NCBI GenBank assembly: GCA_023663265.1
Contig: JAMPHV010000004.1
Span: forward strand, 410-64,409
Reading direction: 5' to 3'
Source: Bacteroides sp.
Lineage (GTDB): Bacteria > Bacillota > Clostridia > Oscillospirales > Ruminococcaceae
Length of the DNA stretch: 64,000 nt
The position numbers were made by a program, and so were the translations under genes. Of this stretch, positions 53,714 to 62,294 are shown one piece after another; position 1 is the stretch's first letter; each line of letters begins with the position of its first letter. The notes below the pieces were generated by a model. It was given only the letters and a program-made list of their open reading frames with translations. It was not told the origin of the DNA and ran no database searches.

Positions 53714-53783
53714 TACCCTTTTCCTCCTAAATATTATATCGGATAAAATGAATATATTCATTTTAATAAATTCACTTTGTCCT

Positions 53784-53837
53784 AAAACAAAAAGGCATTT
53801 CGGTACAGTTAAAAAACCGCCAAAACGCCTTTGTTTT
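53784..53837 (-). terminator. Leader terminator (attenuator) of glnA overlapped by an ANTAR-like hairpin
   Basis: 13-bp stem AAAGGCGTTTTGG/CCGAAATGCCTTT with a U tract; the alternative hairpin AAAAC-AAAGGC-GTTTT overlaps its 5' arm. Confidence 0.7.
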
Positions 53838-53850
53838 GTCTTACAGCTTA

Positions 53851-53879
53851 ATTTTACATCATACGAGATGCTTTGTCAA
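53851..53879 (-). promoter_or_regulatory. Sigma-A promoter for glnA
   Basis: Minus strand TTGACA-17 bp-TAAAAT. Confidence 0.75.
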
Positions 53880-53996
53880 TAGGTGAATTTAACTAAAGTT
53901 TTAATTTGTGCAGGATTTTTTTGTAAAACTTGCAAAAAATATAAAAATTATTCAAATAATTCTTCATTGACTGCGCACAATATTTTATGACTCTTA

Positions 53997-54025
53997 TTGA
54001 CTTTTATCTGCTATTGGTATACAAT
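53997..54025 (+). promoter_or_regulatory. Sigma-A promoter for the SCP2 gene
   Basis: TTGACT-17 bp-TACAAT. Confidence 0.65.
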
Positions 54026-54063
54026 ATCAATAGTGTTAAAATTTTTTGAAAGGAGCCTTTAAA

Positions 54064-54402
54064 ATGAATTATTCGGAAATTGTGGAAAAAGTCAAGGCAA
54101 TGTGCAATAACGCTGAGCTTAAGGATTACAAGGACCATCTCGCCGTTGAGGTAGCGATAACGGGAGAAGGAGAGGGCGTGTTTTACATTGAGGTCAAGGA
54201 CGGAAAGGTAAACGTAGAGCCTTACGATTACAAGGACAGAGACGTGCGTCTTATTGCCTCCGCCGACAACTTTATTTCTATCGCCGCAGGAAAGCTCGAT
54301 CCCGTAAAAGCCTTTATGACAGGAAAGCTTAAGGTTGACGGAAGCATCGACAAGGCGTTGGAATTTAAAAAAGTAGTTGACAGCGTTAACGCAAAAAAAT
54401 AA
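54064..54402 (+). CDS. SCP2 sterol/lipid-binding domain protein
   Basis: FYIEVKDGKV, GKLDPVKAFMTGKLKVDG signature. Confidence 0.9.
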   Translation: MNYSEIVEKVKAMCNNAELKDYKDHLAVEVAITGEGEGVFYIEVKDGKVNVEPYDYKDRDVRLIASADNFISIAAGKLDPVKAFMTGKLKVDGSIDKALEFKKVVDSVNAKK

Positions 54403-54411
54403 TACCGTTAA

Positions 54412-54453
54412 AATAACCCGTCAAAACCGATAAAAAAGGTTTTGACGGGTTAT
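54412..54453. terminator. Bidirectional terminator between the SCP2 gene and leuB
   Basis: AATAACCCGTCAAAACC/GGTTTTGACGGGTTATT 17-bp inverted repeat. Confidence 0.85.
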
Positions 54454-54468
54454 TATTTATTTGATCCT

Positions 54469-55542
54469 CTAAATCAGCTCCGCTATTCTGTCTCCCATTT
54501 CGGAGCAGCTTACGAGCTTATTTCCCTCGCTCATGATATCGCCGGTACGCAAGCCCTCTTCAAGCGCCTTGTCCACCGCTTTTTCAATAGCGTCCGCCTC
54601 CTCGCTCATATCAAAGCTGTACCTCAACATCATGGCGGCGGATAAAACAGTAGCTATCGGATTGGCCTTGTTCTGCCCCGCAATATCGGGGGCGGAGCCG
54701 TGAATGGGCTCGTACAATCCCAAGGTGCCCTCGCCGAGGCTTGCGGAGGGTATCATACCGAGAGAACCCGTTATCATACTGGCTTCGTCCGAAAGAATAT
54801 CGCCGAAAAGGTTTTCCGTAACGATAACGTCAAACTGTGCGGGATTGCGCACAAGCTGCATGGCGGTATTATCCACAAGCATATCGGAAAATTCCACCTC
54901 GGGATATTCGGCTGCGACCTTATGAGAAATTTCTCTCCACAGTCTTGAGCTGTCGAGCACGTTCGCCTTGTCAACGCTTGTCACCTTTCCGCGGCGTTTT
55001 TTCGCCATATCAAAGGCAACTCGGCATATCCTTTCCACCTCGTAATCGCTGTATGTCATTGAGTCGGTAGCGGTTTTATGCCCGTTTTCATCAACGAAGG
55101 TCTTTCTTTCTCCGAAGTATGCGCCGCCGATAAGCTCGCGGACTATCACCAGATCAAGCCCGTTGTCGGTTATATCCGTTTTCAGAGGGCAGGCGGAAGC
55201 AAGCGGCTTCAGCAGCTTTGCGGGTCTGATATTGGCGAACAGCTTAAGAGCTCCTCTTATTCCGAGAAGTCCTGCCTCGGGACGCATTTTACCCTCTCCC
55301 TTATCCCATTTCGGACCGCCTACCGCGCCAAGCAGCACGCTGTCGCTGGCAAGGCACTTGTCAATTGTTTCCCGAGGAAGCGGCTTGCCCGTTTCGTCAA
55401 TGGCAATGCCGCCCATAAGAACCTGTGTGTAGTTAAACCGATGTCCGTATTTTTCGGCGACTTTATCCAAAACCTTGATCGCTTCGTTTACTATCTCGGG
55501 ACCGATCCCGTCGCCCTTTATTACCGCTATATTTTTTGTCAT
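54469..55542 (-). CDS. leuB: 3-isopropylmalate dehydrogenase
   Basis: [44 protein letters not shown]. Confidence 0.97.
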   Translation of the reverse strand: MTKNIAVIKGDGIGPEIVNEAIKVLDKVAEKYGHRFNYTQVLMGGIAIDETGKPLPRETIDKCLASDSVLLGAVGGPKWDKGEGKMRPEAGLLGIRGALKLFANIRPAKLLKPLASACPLKTDITDNGLDLVIVRELIGGAYFGERKTFVDENGHKTATDSMTYSDYEVERICRVAFDMAKKRRGKVTSVDKANVLDSSRLWREISHKVAAEYPEVEFSDMLVDNTAMQLVRNPAQFDVIVTENLFGDILSDEASMITGSLGMIPSASLGEGTLGLYEPIHGSAPDIAGQNKANPIATVLSAAMMLRYSFDMSEEADAIEKAVDKALEEGLRTGDIMSEGNKLVSCSEMGDRIAELI

Positions 55543-55572
55543 TTCAGTTTCTGTCCTTTCCTTGCCAAAGCA

Positions 55573-56076
55573 TTACTTTTTCAGTGAATTGAGCAGTCCG
55601 CCCTTATCGATAATATCCTTTATAAATTCGGGAAAAGGCTCGGCGGTATAGGTTTTTCCGCTGGTGACATCGGTAATTTTTCCGCTGTCAAAATCGATAT
55701 CCACCTCGTCGCCCGCTTTTATCTCCCTTGCTGCTTCGGGACATTCCAAAATGGGAAGCCCTATGTTTATTGCATTGCGATAGAAGATTCTTGCAAAGGT
55801 ACAGGCGATAACACAGGAAATGCCGCTTTCCTTTATTGCGATCGGGGCATGCTCGCGGGAGCTTCCACAGCCGAAATTAGCTTCGCCTACCATAATATCC
55901 CCCTGCTTTACCTTGTGTACAAAATCCTTGTCTATATCCTCCATGCAATGAGACGCCAGCTCCTTATGATCTGCCGTGTTCAAGTATCTTGCGGGAATAA
56001 TAACGTCGGTATCGACATTATCTCCGTACTTGTGAACGCTGCCATGCGCGGTTAATTTATTCATATCTTCGGTCAT
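55573..56076 (-). CDS. leuD: 3-isopropylmalate/citramalate isomerase small subunit
   Basis: [38 protein letters not shown]. Confidence 0.96.
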   Translation of the reverse strand: MTEDMNKLTAHGSVHKYGDNVDTDVIIPARYLNTADHKELASHCMEDIDKDFVHKVKQGDIMVGEANFGCGSSREHAPIAIKESGISCVIACTFARIFYRNAINIGLPILECPEAAREIKAGDEVDIDFDSGKITDVTSGKTYTAEPFPEFIKDIIDKGGLLNSLKK

Positions 56077-56086
56077 CCTTTCTGTA

Positions 56087-56389
56087 TTACTCGGTGGCTA
56101 TATAATCCGCCGTATCCAGTCTTTCTATTTTTTCAAGAACGTGCTGCACGTTAAAAAGCAAGGGACTGTTATTATACCTTTCAAGAGCCGATTTGTCGGT
56201 AAATTTGCAAACTATCAGCATATCTGCGGTAGAACCGTTCAGAAGCAGATTTTCCACCTTTATATCCAAAAGTCCGTCAATTTTACCCGACAGATGTTCA
56301 AGTCCTTCCTTTAATTTGACCGCGGAAATTCTTTTATCGCTCTGCGTCATTTCCGACTTAAATTTCACTAAAGAAATGTGAATAAGCAT
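56087..56389 (-). CDS. Dabb family (stress-responsive A/B barrel) protein
   Basis: HISLVKFK...LSGKIDGL...[17 protein letters not shown] pattern; RBS GGAAAGGA. Confidence 0.7.
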   Translation of the reverse strand: MLIHISLVKFKSEMTQSDKRISAVKLKEGLEHLSGKIDGLLDIKVENLLLNGSTADMLIVCKFTDKSALERYNNSPLLFNVQHVLEKIERLDTADYIATE

Positions 56390-56420
56390 AATATGTCGAT
56401 TCCTTTCCTCTATCTTATAC

Positions 56421-56479
56421 TAATTCCAAATAGAATTATGGACAAAATTTTATAGGGTTCATAATTCTATTTGGAATTA
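56421..56479. repeat. Perfect 20-bp inverted repeat (hairpin 1) in the leuC-dabb spacer
   Basis: TAATTCCAAATAGAATTATG / CATAATTCTATTTGGAATTA with a 19-nt spacer. Confidence 0.95.
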
Positions 56480-56489
56480 CACCCGAAAC

Positions 56490-56542
56490 ACTCTTTCCAA
56501 ATACTCCACATTCATTTGTCTATCTTTGTATTTGGAAAGAGT
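56490..56542. repeat. Perfect 15-bp inverted repeat (hairpin 2) in the leuC-dabb spacer
   Basis: ACTCTTTCCAAATAC / GTATTTGGAAAGAGT with a 23-nt spacer. Confidence 0.95.
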
Positions 56543-56558
56543 ATTATACTCTTATGTG

Positions 56559-57815
56559 TCAGCCCTTGTATCCGACGATTTTTCCCGCTAACGCGCTTGC
56601 GGCGGCTACCACGGGGCTTGCGAGATAGACTTCGCTTTCGGGGTGTCCCATTCTGCCTACAAAGTTGCGGTTGGTGGTCGAGATCGCTCTTTCTCCTGCC
56701 GCCAAAATGCCCATATGACCTCCGAGACAGGGTCCGCAGGTAGGAGTGGAAAATACGCAGCCCGCGTTTACAAATATTTCCGCCAGACCCTCCTGTATGC
56801 ATTGCAGGTATATCTTTTGCGTAGCGGGAATAACTATGCAGCGAACTCCCTTAGCCACATGTCCGCCCTTTAAAACCTCGGCGGCGGCTCTCATATCGCT
56901 TATTCTGCCGTTGGTGCAGGAGCCGATGACAGCCTGATCGATTTTTACGTCGCCGAATTTCTCCTCCGTTCTGGTATTCTCGGGAAGGTGAGGAAAAGCC
57001 ACCGTCTGCTTGATCTCATCAAGGTTGATATCGTAAACCTCGGCATATTCGGCGTCCTCGTCGGCGGCAAAGTATTCAAATTCTCTGTCCGTGCGCTCCT
57101 TTACATACGAAACGGTCTGCTCGTCTACCTCAAAAATGCCGTTTTTTGCTCCCGCTTCGATTGCCATATTCGCCATACAAAGACGGTCGTCCACCGACAG
57201 CTCGGACATTCCTTCTCCGCCAAACTCCATGCTTTTGTACAAAGCGCCGTCAACGCCTATCATCCCGATAATGTGCAGAATAACGTCCTTTCCGCTGACA
57301 TACCTTTGAAGCTTTCCGTGCAGATTAAAGCGTATCGCCGCAGGGACCTTGAACCACGCCTCTCCCGTCGCCATGCCCGCCGCCATATCCGTTGAACCGA
57401 CGCCGGTAGAAAATGCTCCCAATGCACCGTAAGTGCACGTATGACTGTCCGCGCCTATACAAAGCTCGCCGGGAGCGATAAGTCCCTTTTCGGGAAGCAG
57501 AGCGTGTTCTATCCCCATTTCACCCGCGTCATAGAAATTAACTATATCGTATTTCCCCGCAAATTCACGGCACTGCTTGCATTGCGTCGCCGCCTTGATG
57601 TCCTTGTTCGGAGCGAAATGATCCATTACAAGACTTATCCTGCGCTTGTCAAATACTCCGTCAAAACCTGCCTTGTTAAACTCGTTGACAGCCACAGGAC
57701 CGGTAATATCGTTTGCCAATACCATATCGAGCTTAGCTCTTATTAACTGCCCTTCGCGCACCTCGGACATTCCCGCGTGCTTTGCCAGAATTTTCTGGCT
57801 CATTGTCATGCCCAT
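56559..57815 (-). CDS. leuC: 3-isopropylmalate/citramalate isomerase large subunit
   Basis: [33 protein letters not shown]. Confidence 0.96.
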   Translation of the reverse strand: MGMTMSQKILAKHAGMSEVREGQLIRAKLDMVLANDITGPVAVNEFNKAGFDGVFDKRRISLVMDHFAPNKDIKAATQCKQCREFAGKYDIVNFYDAGEMGIEHALLPEKGLIAPGELCIGADSHTCTYGALGAFSTGVGSTDMAAGMATGEAWFKVPAAIRFNLHGKLQRYVSGKDVILHIIGMIGVDGALYKSMEFGGEGMSELSVDDRLCMANMAIEAGAKNGIFEVDEQTVSYVKERTDREFEYFAADEDAEYAEVYDINLDEIKQTVAFPHLPENTRTEEKFGDVKIDQAVIGSCTNGRISDMRAAAEVLKGGHVAKGVRCIVIPATQKIYLQCIQEGLAEIFVNAGCVFSTPTCGPCLGGHMGILAAGERAISTTNRNFVGRMGHPESEVYLASPVVAAASALAGKIVGYKG

Positions 57816-57839
57816 AGTTAAATATCCTTTCTATTGTTT

Positions 57840-59450
57840 TTATTTTATTTTTTTGCTTTTTCCCACAGCGCTTCTTGCTTCCTCCGACTTTGTATAAAGG
57901 AAATATTCAATGGAATCGAGAAGCGCCTTAAGACTTGCGTCGATTATATCCTTTGAAGCGCCTACCGTCGTCCATACTCTTTCCCCGTCGGTGCTTTCGA
58001 TAAGGACCCTTGTGCTGGCAGCCGTACTGTCGCCCGCCGCTATAACTCTCACCTTATAGTCCACAAGATGCGTTTTTTTAAGCTGAGGGTAAAACACCTC
58101 GAGCGCTTTTCTCAAAGCCTTGTCTATTGCGTTGACAGGACCGTCTCCCTCATCGGCGGTTATTTCAAATCTGCTTCCGACCTTGACCTTGACCATAGCG
58201 TTGGCTTTGTTTATTTCCTCGGTGTCATAGCTCTGAGTTGAAATAACATGAAAATGCTCAATGTGAAAAAAAGGCTGAAACCGACCCAGCTCCTTTAACA
58301 CCAGCAGCTCAAAGCTTGCTCCCGCAGCCTCGAATTGATAGCCCGAATTTTCGAGAGCCTTAAGCCTGTTCAATATCCGCGCAGTTTCGGGACTGGATTT
58401 ATCCAGCTTACTGTCGAAGCTTTTCAGCTTTGACAGAACCGTGCTTCTTCCGCTTACCTCCGACAGCAGAAAGCTCCTCACGTTCCCTACGCTTTCGGGA
58501 GGGATATGCTCAAAGCTTTCCGTTCTCTTGGCTACGCCGTCCGCGTGCATTCCGCCCTTGTGCCCGAAGGCGTTTCCTCCGACATAAGGCATACTGCCCG
58601 CCAGCTTAATGTTGGCGATCTCCGCTATGTAGCATGCGGTCTCGGTCAGCTCCTCCATACTGCTTTCGGGAACACATTCGTATCCCGCTTTAAGCTGTAA
58701 ATTGGGAATAAGGGCAGAAAGGTTGGTGTTGCCGCACCGCTCTCCGATACCGATAAAGGTACCTTGAACGTGAACCGCTCCCGCCTTAACCGCCGCCATG
58801 CTGCAAGCCACCGCGCAGCCGATGTCGTTGTGACAGTGTATCCCTATCGGTATTCCCACAGACTTGACCGCCTTTTCGGTTATCATTCCCGCTTCCTCGG
58901 GAAAACAGCCTCCGTTGGTATCGCATAGCACAATAAGCTCCGCTCCCGCTTTTTCCGCGGTTTTAATAACGGACAGGGCAAATTCGGGATCATCCTTATA
59001 GCCGTCGAAAAAATGCTCGGCGTCAAAAATAACCTTTTTTCCCTTTTCCCTAAGATAAAGCAAGGTATCGCTTATCATTTCAAGATTTTCCTCGGGGGTA
59101 ACGTTTAAGATCGCCTTGGTGTGCAGCCTCCAGCTTTTTCCGAAAATCGTCACATACTCGGTATCGGCGGATAACAGTGCGTTAACGTTTTCGTCCTCCG
59201 CAGCCCTAACGTTTTTTCTCCTTGTGGAGCCAAAGGCAACAGGCTTGGTGCTTTTGAGCTTAAGCTCCTTTGCGCGTTTGAAAAAATCCAAATCCTTGGG
59301 GTTGGAGCCGGGATTTCCCGCTTCCGCAAACGCAACTCCAAAATCATCCAGCTTTTGAAGGATTTTCAGCTTATCGTCCGCCGAAAAGCTTATGCCTTCG
59401 CCCTGAGCTCCGTCGCGGAGCGTAGAGTCAAAAATATCGATCTTCTTCAT
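57840..59450 (-). CDS. cimA: Citramalate synthase (LeuA/CimA family, bacterial CimA type)
   Basis: DSTLRDGAQGEG, PGSNPKD, FGKSW, DAEHFFDG, HCHND, HKGGMH, C-terminal regulatory domain (GDGPVNA, TRVLIES). Confidence 0.85.
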   Translation of the reverse strand: MKKIDIFDSTLRDGAQGEGISFSADDKLKILQKLDDFGVAFAEAGNPGSNPKDLDFFKRAKELKLKSTKPVAFGSTRRKNVRAAEDENVNALLSADTEYVTIFGKSWRLHTKAILNVTPEENLEMISDTLLYLREKGKKVIFDAEHFFDGYKDDPEFALSVIKTAEKAGAELIVLCDTNGGCFPEEAGMITEKAVKSVGIPIGIHCHNDIGCAVACSMAAVKAGAVHVQGTFIGIGERCGNTNLSALIPNLQLKAGYECVPESSMEELTETACYIAEIANIKLAGSMPYVGGNAFGHKGGMHADGVAKRTESFEHIPPESVGNVRSFLLSEVSGRSTVLSKLKSFDSKLDKSSPETARILNRLKALENSGYQFEAAGASFELLVLKELGRFQPFFHIEHFHVISTQSYDTEEINKANAMVKVKVGSRFEITADEGDGPVNAIDKALRKALEVFYPQLKKTHLVDYKVRVIAAGDSTAASTRVLIESTDGERVWTTVGASKDIIDASLKALLDSIEYFLYTKSEEARSAVGKSKKIK

Positions 59451-59509
59451 GTCTCCTTTTCCTTTTTCAACTTTTTTATTTTTTGGGGAGATGAAGATTC
59501 AACAGATAC

Positions 59510-59884
59510 AAAAATAACCTCCATCTCCGAAAGAGATGAAAGCTATTACTTCCACGGTACCACTCTTAATTGGCACTGCCTCACGGCAATACCCGCTCGC
59601 GCGTATCAAACAATACGCTCCCCTGTAACGTGAGGACACGTTCCGTTCTACCGAGCGCGGTCAGACCCCGCTGTCTGCACAGTTTTGGATGTAATAACCA
59701 TTTTAGCTTTTTTTCTTGTGTTGAAATGGTTATCAGTTATTAGTATAAGCAAATAACAAACCGACACATCGCTCATCGGCGGAAGGCTCAAAGGTGATTT
59801 AAAAAGACGTTCTGCCGCTGTCTTACACCGTCCGACAGCTCTCTGCGGGCTTCACCGCCTTTTCGCTCCTTATCACAGCCTTTT
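59510..59884 (-). ncRNA. T-box riboswitch (transcriptional), specifier AUC = Ile
   Basis: Stem I with K-turn, AGAGA bulge and GGUGUAA loop; specifier loop UAA-AUC-A (AUC at 59796-59798); T-box GAGUGGUACCGUGG at about 59552-59567; terminator with U tract. Confidence 0.92.
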
Positions 59885-59931
59885 AGCTATTCTTTTATGT
59901 CGTTACGGAGCCGTACTCCAACAACATTTAT

Positions 59932-59960
59932 ATATTAACATTATTTTTATAATTTGTCAA
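59932..59960 (-). promoter_or_regulatory. Sigma-A promoter for the T-box/cimA-leu operon
   Basis: Minus strand TTGACA-17 bp-TAATAT with an extended TG. Confidence 0.7.
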
Positions 59961-60000
59961 TAGTTTTTTTGACTTTTTCATTTTTCATTTTTATACAATA

Positions 60001-62229
60001 TCATTCAAGCTTCAACTGTCCCGCATTAAAGCCCGCTGCTTTACCTGCCGCGGGAATATTCTTTACAATAAATTCCTCCGCATTTTCCAAAGCGCCCTCG
60101 TTATAAATCTTGACCAGCTCAAGCTCAGCTTTTGTAAGCCTCATGACCTGAACGCCCTGCGTATCGCGCGACGCCTTTGACATAAGCAGATCGGAGGAAA
60201 AAATAAGAAGATTTCCCGCGGTGGATTGCAGCAGGAAATCGGCGCTTTCCTTGACAACAAACGCCGCCACAAGCTCGGAGCTTGTATTAAAAGCGTTTGC
60301 GAGCTTTTTACGGTTGGTCTTTGTCTCAAAGGAGGACAAGGGTATTTTAGCACACTTTCCGTTTTTGAAAAACAGCATAAGCGTTTCGCTGTAATCAAGA
60401 GTCACAGCGGAAAATACAACGCTTTCCCCCGCTTCAAATTCAAGCTTCGCGGGTATATAATCGCCCATAACGCTCGCCTTAGTCTGCTCAAAGGCGCTGA
60501 CCTTGGCTTTGTATACCACTCCCGTATTGGTAAAGAACATCAGATCGCTTTTATTGGAAACCTCCCGCTCAAGAACGATCTCGTCGTTTTCCTTGAGCTT
60601 TTGTTCTCCGCTCATTCTGAGAGACTGAGGAGTGATCTTTTTAAAATAACCCTCCATTGTAACAAATATGTTAACGTTGTAATCGGGTTCCTCTTCCTCA
60701 ACGACCGCTTCCTCCTCCGTATCGAAGGACAAAAGCGTTTTTCTCGGCTGACCGTATTTTGTGATTATGTCTTTTAAATCGGAAATAATTATATTCTTAA
60801 CACGGCGCGGGCTTTCGAGAATTTCCTCCATGTCGGCAATATCCGATCTTAAGTCGTTTATCTCCTCAAGCCGCTTTAAAATATACTCCTTGTTTATATG
60901 ACGAAGCTTGATCTCGGCTACATACTCCGCCTGTATTTCGTCTATGCCGAAGCCTATCATAAGGTTGGGCACTACCTCCGCTTCCTCAGCTGTCTCTCTT
61001 ATTATTTTTATTGCCTTGTCTATATCCAAAAGTATTTTTTGAAGACCGAGCAAAAGGTGAAGCTTTTCTCTTTTCTTGTTTAAGTCGAACCTCACTCTGC
61101 GCCTGATACAGTCCGATCTGAACTCCGTCCATTCCTTTAAAATTTCGCCCACGCCCATTACGCGGGGGGACCCGCCTATAAGTATGTTGAAATTACAGGC
61201 AAAGGAATCCTGCAATGGCGTAAGTCTGAACAGCTTCTGCATAAGCGCGTCGGGATCGATACGCCTTTTTAGATCGAGAGCCAGCTTTAAGCCCGACAGG
61301 TCGGTCTCATCTCTCAGATCGGATATTTCCTTTATTTTTCCCGTTTTTACAAGCTCGACTATTCTGTCGATTATAGCCTCGACGGTGGTGGTAGGAGGTA
61401 TTTCCGTCACCTCTATAACGTTGGAATCGGCGTCAAAGCTGTATTTTGCCCTTACCTTTACCGAACCTCTTCCCGTTTCGTAAATTTTTTTCAGCTCCTC
61501 CTCATTGTACATTATAAAACCGCCGCCGGGAAAATCGGGAGCCTTTAACGTAGAAATGATATCATGGTCGGGGTCTCTCATGAGGGAGATAGCCGTCTCG
61601 CACACCTCCGTTAAATTAAAGGAGCAGATATTGCTTGACATTGAAACGGCAATTCCTATGTTGTTGTTTACCAGTATGGACGGAAATTTTGCGGGAAGAA
61701 GCGTAGGCTCGGTCATGGAATTGTCATAGTTGGGTACAAAATCCACCGTGTCCTTGTCTATATCCGAAAAAATCTCATTGCATATCTTATCGAGCTTTGC
61801 TTCCGTATAACGGCTGGCGGCAAAGGACATATCTCTCGAATACGCCTTTCCGAAATTTCCCTTGCTGTCCACGTAAGGATGCAATAGAGTTTCGTTGCCT
61901 CTTGTTAGGCGCACCATTGTTTCGTATATCGCCATATCTCCGTGAGGGTTTAGCTTCATGGTCTGTCCGACGATATTAGCCGATTTTGTTCTTGCGCCGT
62001 TTAAAAGCCCCATTTTATACATGGTATAAAGCAGCTTTCTGTGAGAGGGCTTAAACCCGTCGATCTCGGGCAGAGCACGGGAAACTATAACGCTCATGGC
62101 ATAAGGCATATAGTTTTCCTCAAGCGTATCGGTGATAGGCTTTTCCGCAACGATACCCGCTCCCTCAATATAAGCGTTGGGATGCGGATTTTTATTTCCC
62201 GTGTTTTGTTTTTTGCTGTTCTTTTTCAA
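60001..62229 (-). CDS. Type IIA topoisomerase A subunit (GyrA/ParC family; ParC-like, no GyrA-box seen)
   Basis: RALPEIDGFKPSHRKLLY, PHGD, AASRYTE active-site Tyr, PDFPGGG; short C-terminal domain without QRRGGKG. Confidence 0.88.
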   Translation of the reverse strand: MKKNSKKQNTGNKNPHPNAYIEGAGIVAEKPITDTLEENYMPYAMSVIVSRALPEIDGFKPSHRKLLYTMYKMGLLNGARTKSANIVGQTMKLNPHGDMAIYETMVRLTRGNETLLHPYVDSKGNFGKAYSRDMSFAASRYTEAKLDKICNEIFSDIDKDTVDFVPNYDNSMTEPTLLPAKFPSILVNNNIGIAVSMSSNICSFNLTEVCETAISLMRDPDHDIISTLKAPDFPGGGFIMYNEEELKKIYETGRGSVKVRAKYSFDADSNVIEVTEIPPTTTVEAIIDRIVELVKTGKIKEISDLRDETDLSGLKLALDLKRRIDPDALMQKLFRLTPLQDSFACNFNILIGGSPRVMGVGEILKEWTEFRSDCIRRRVRFDLNKKREKLHLLLGLQKILLDIDKAIKIIRETAEEAEVVPNLMIGFGIDEIQAEYVAEIKLRHINKEYILKRLEEINDLRSDIADMEEILESPRRVKNIIISDLKDIITKYGQPRKTLLSFDTEEEAVVEEEEPDYNVNIFVTMEGYFKKITPQSLRMSGEQKLKENDEIVLEREVSNKSDLMFFTNTGVVYKAKVSAFEQTKASVMGDYIPAKLEFEAGESVVFSAVTLDYSETLMLFFKNGKCAKIPLSSFETKTNRKKLANAFNTSSELVAAFVVKESADFLLQSTAGNLLIFSSDLLMSKASRDTQGVQVMRLTKAELELVKIYNEGALENAEEFIVKNIPAAGKAAGFNAGQLKLE

Positions 62230-62294
62230 AGTATTACTCCGTTTTCAACTAAATCGTTCATCTGTGTCAAAATAATGAACATATGAATTTTTAA

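Noticed and set aside
54869-54877. Perfect DnaA box TTATCCACA
   Set aside because: A single copy inside the leuB coding sequence; no cluster and no AT-rich unwinding element.
56421-56542. Possible mini-CRISPR array from the repeated TTCCAAATA motif
   Set aside because: The repeats are inverted, not direct, only 9 bp are shared, and no cas genes are present. Reported as hairpins instead.
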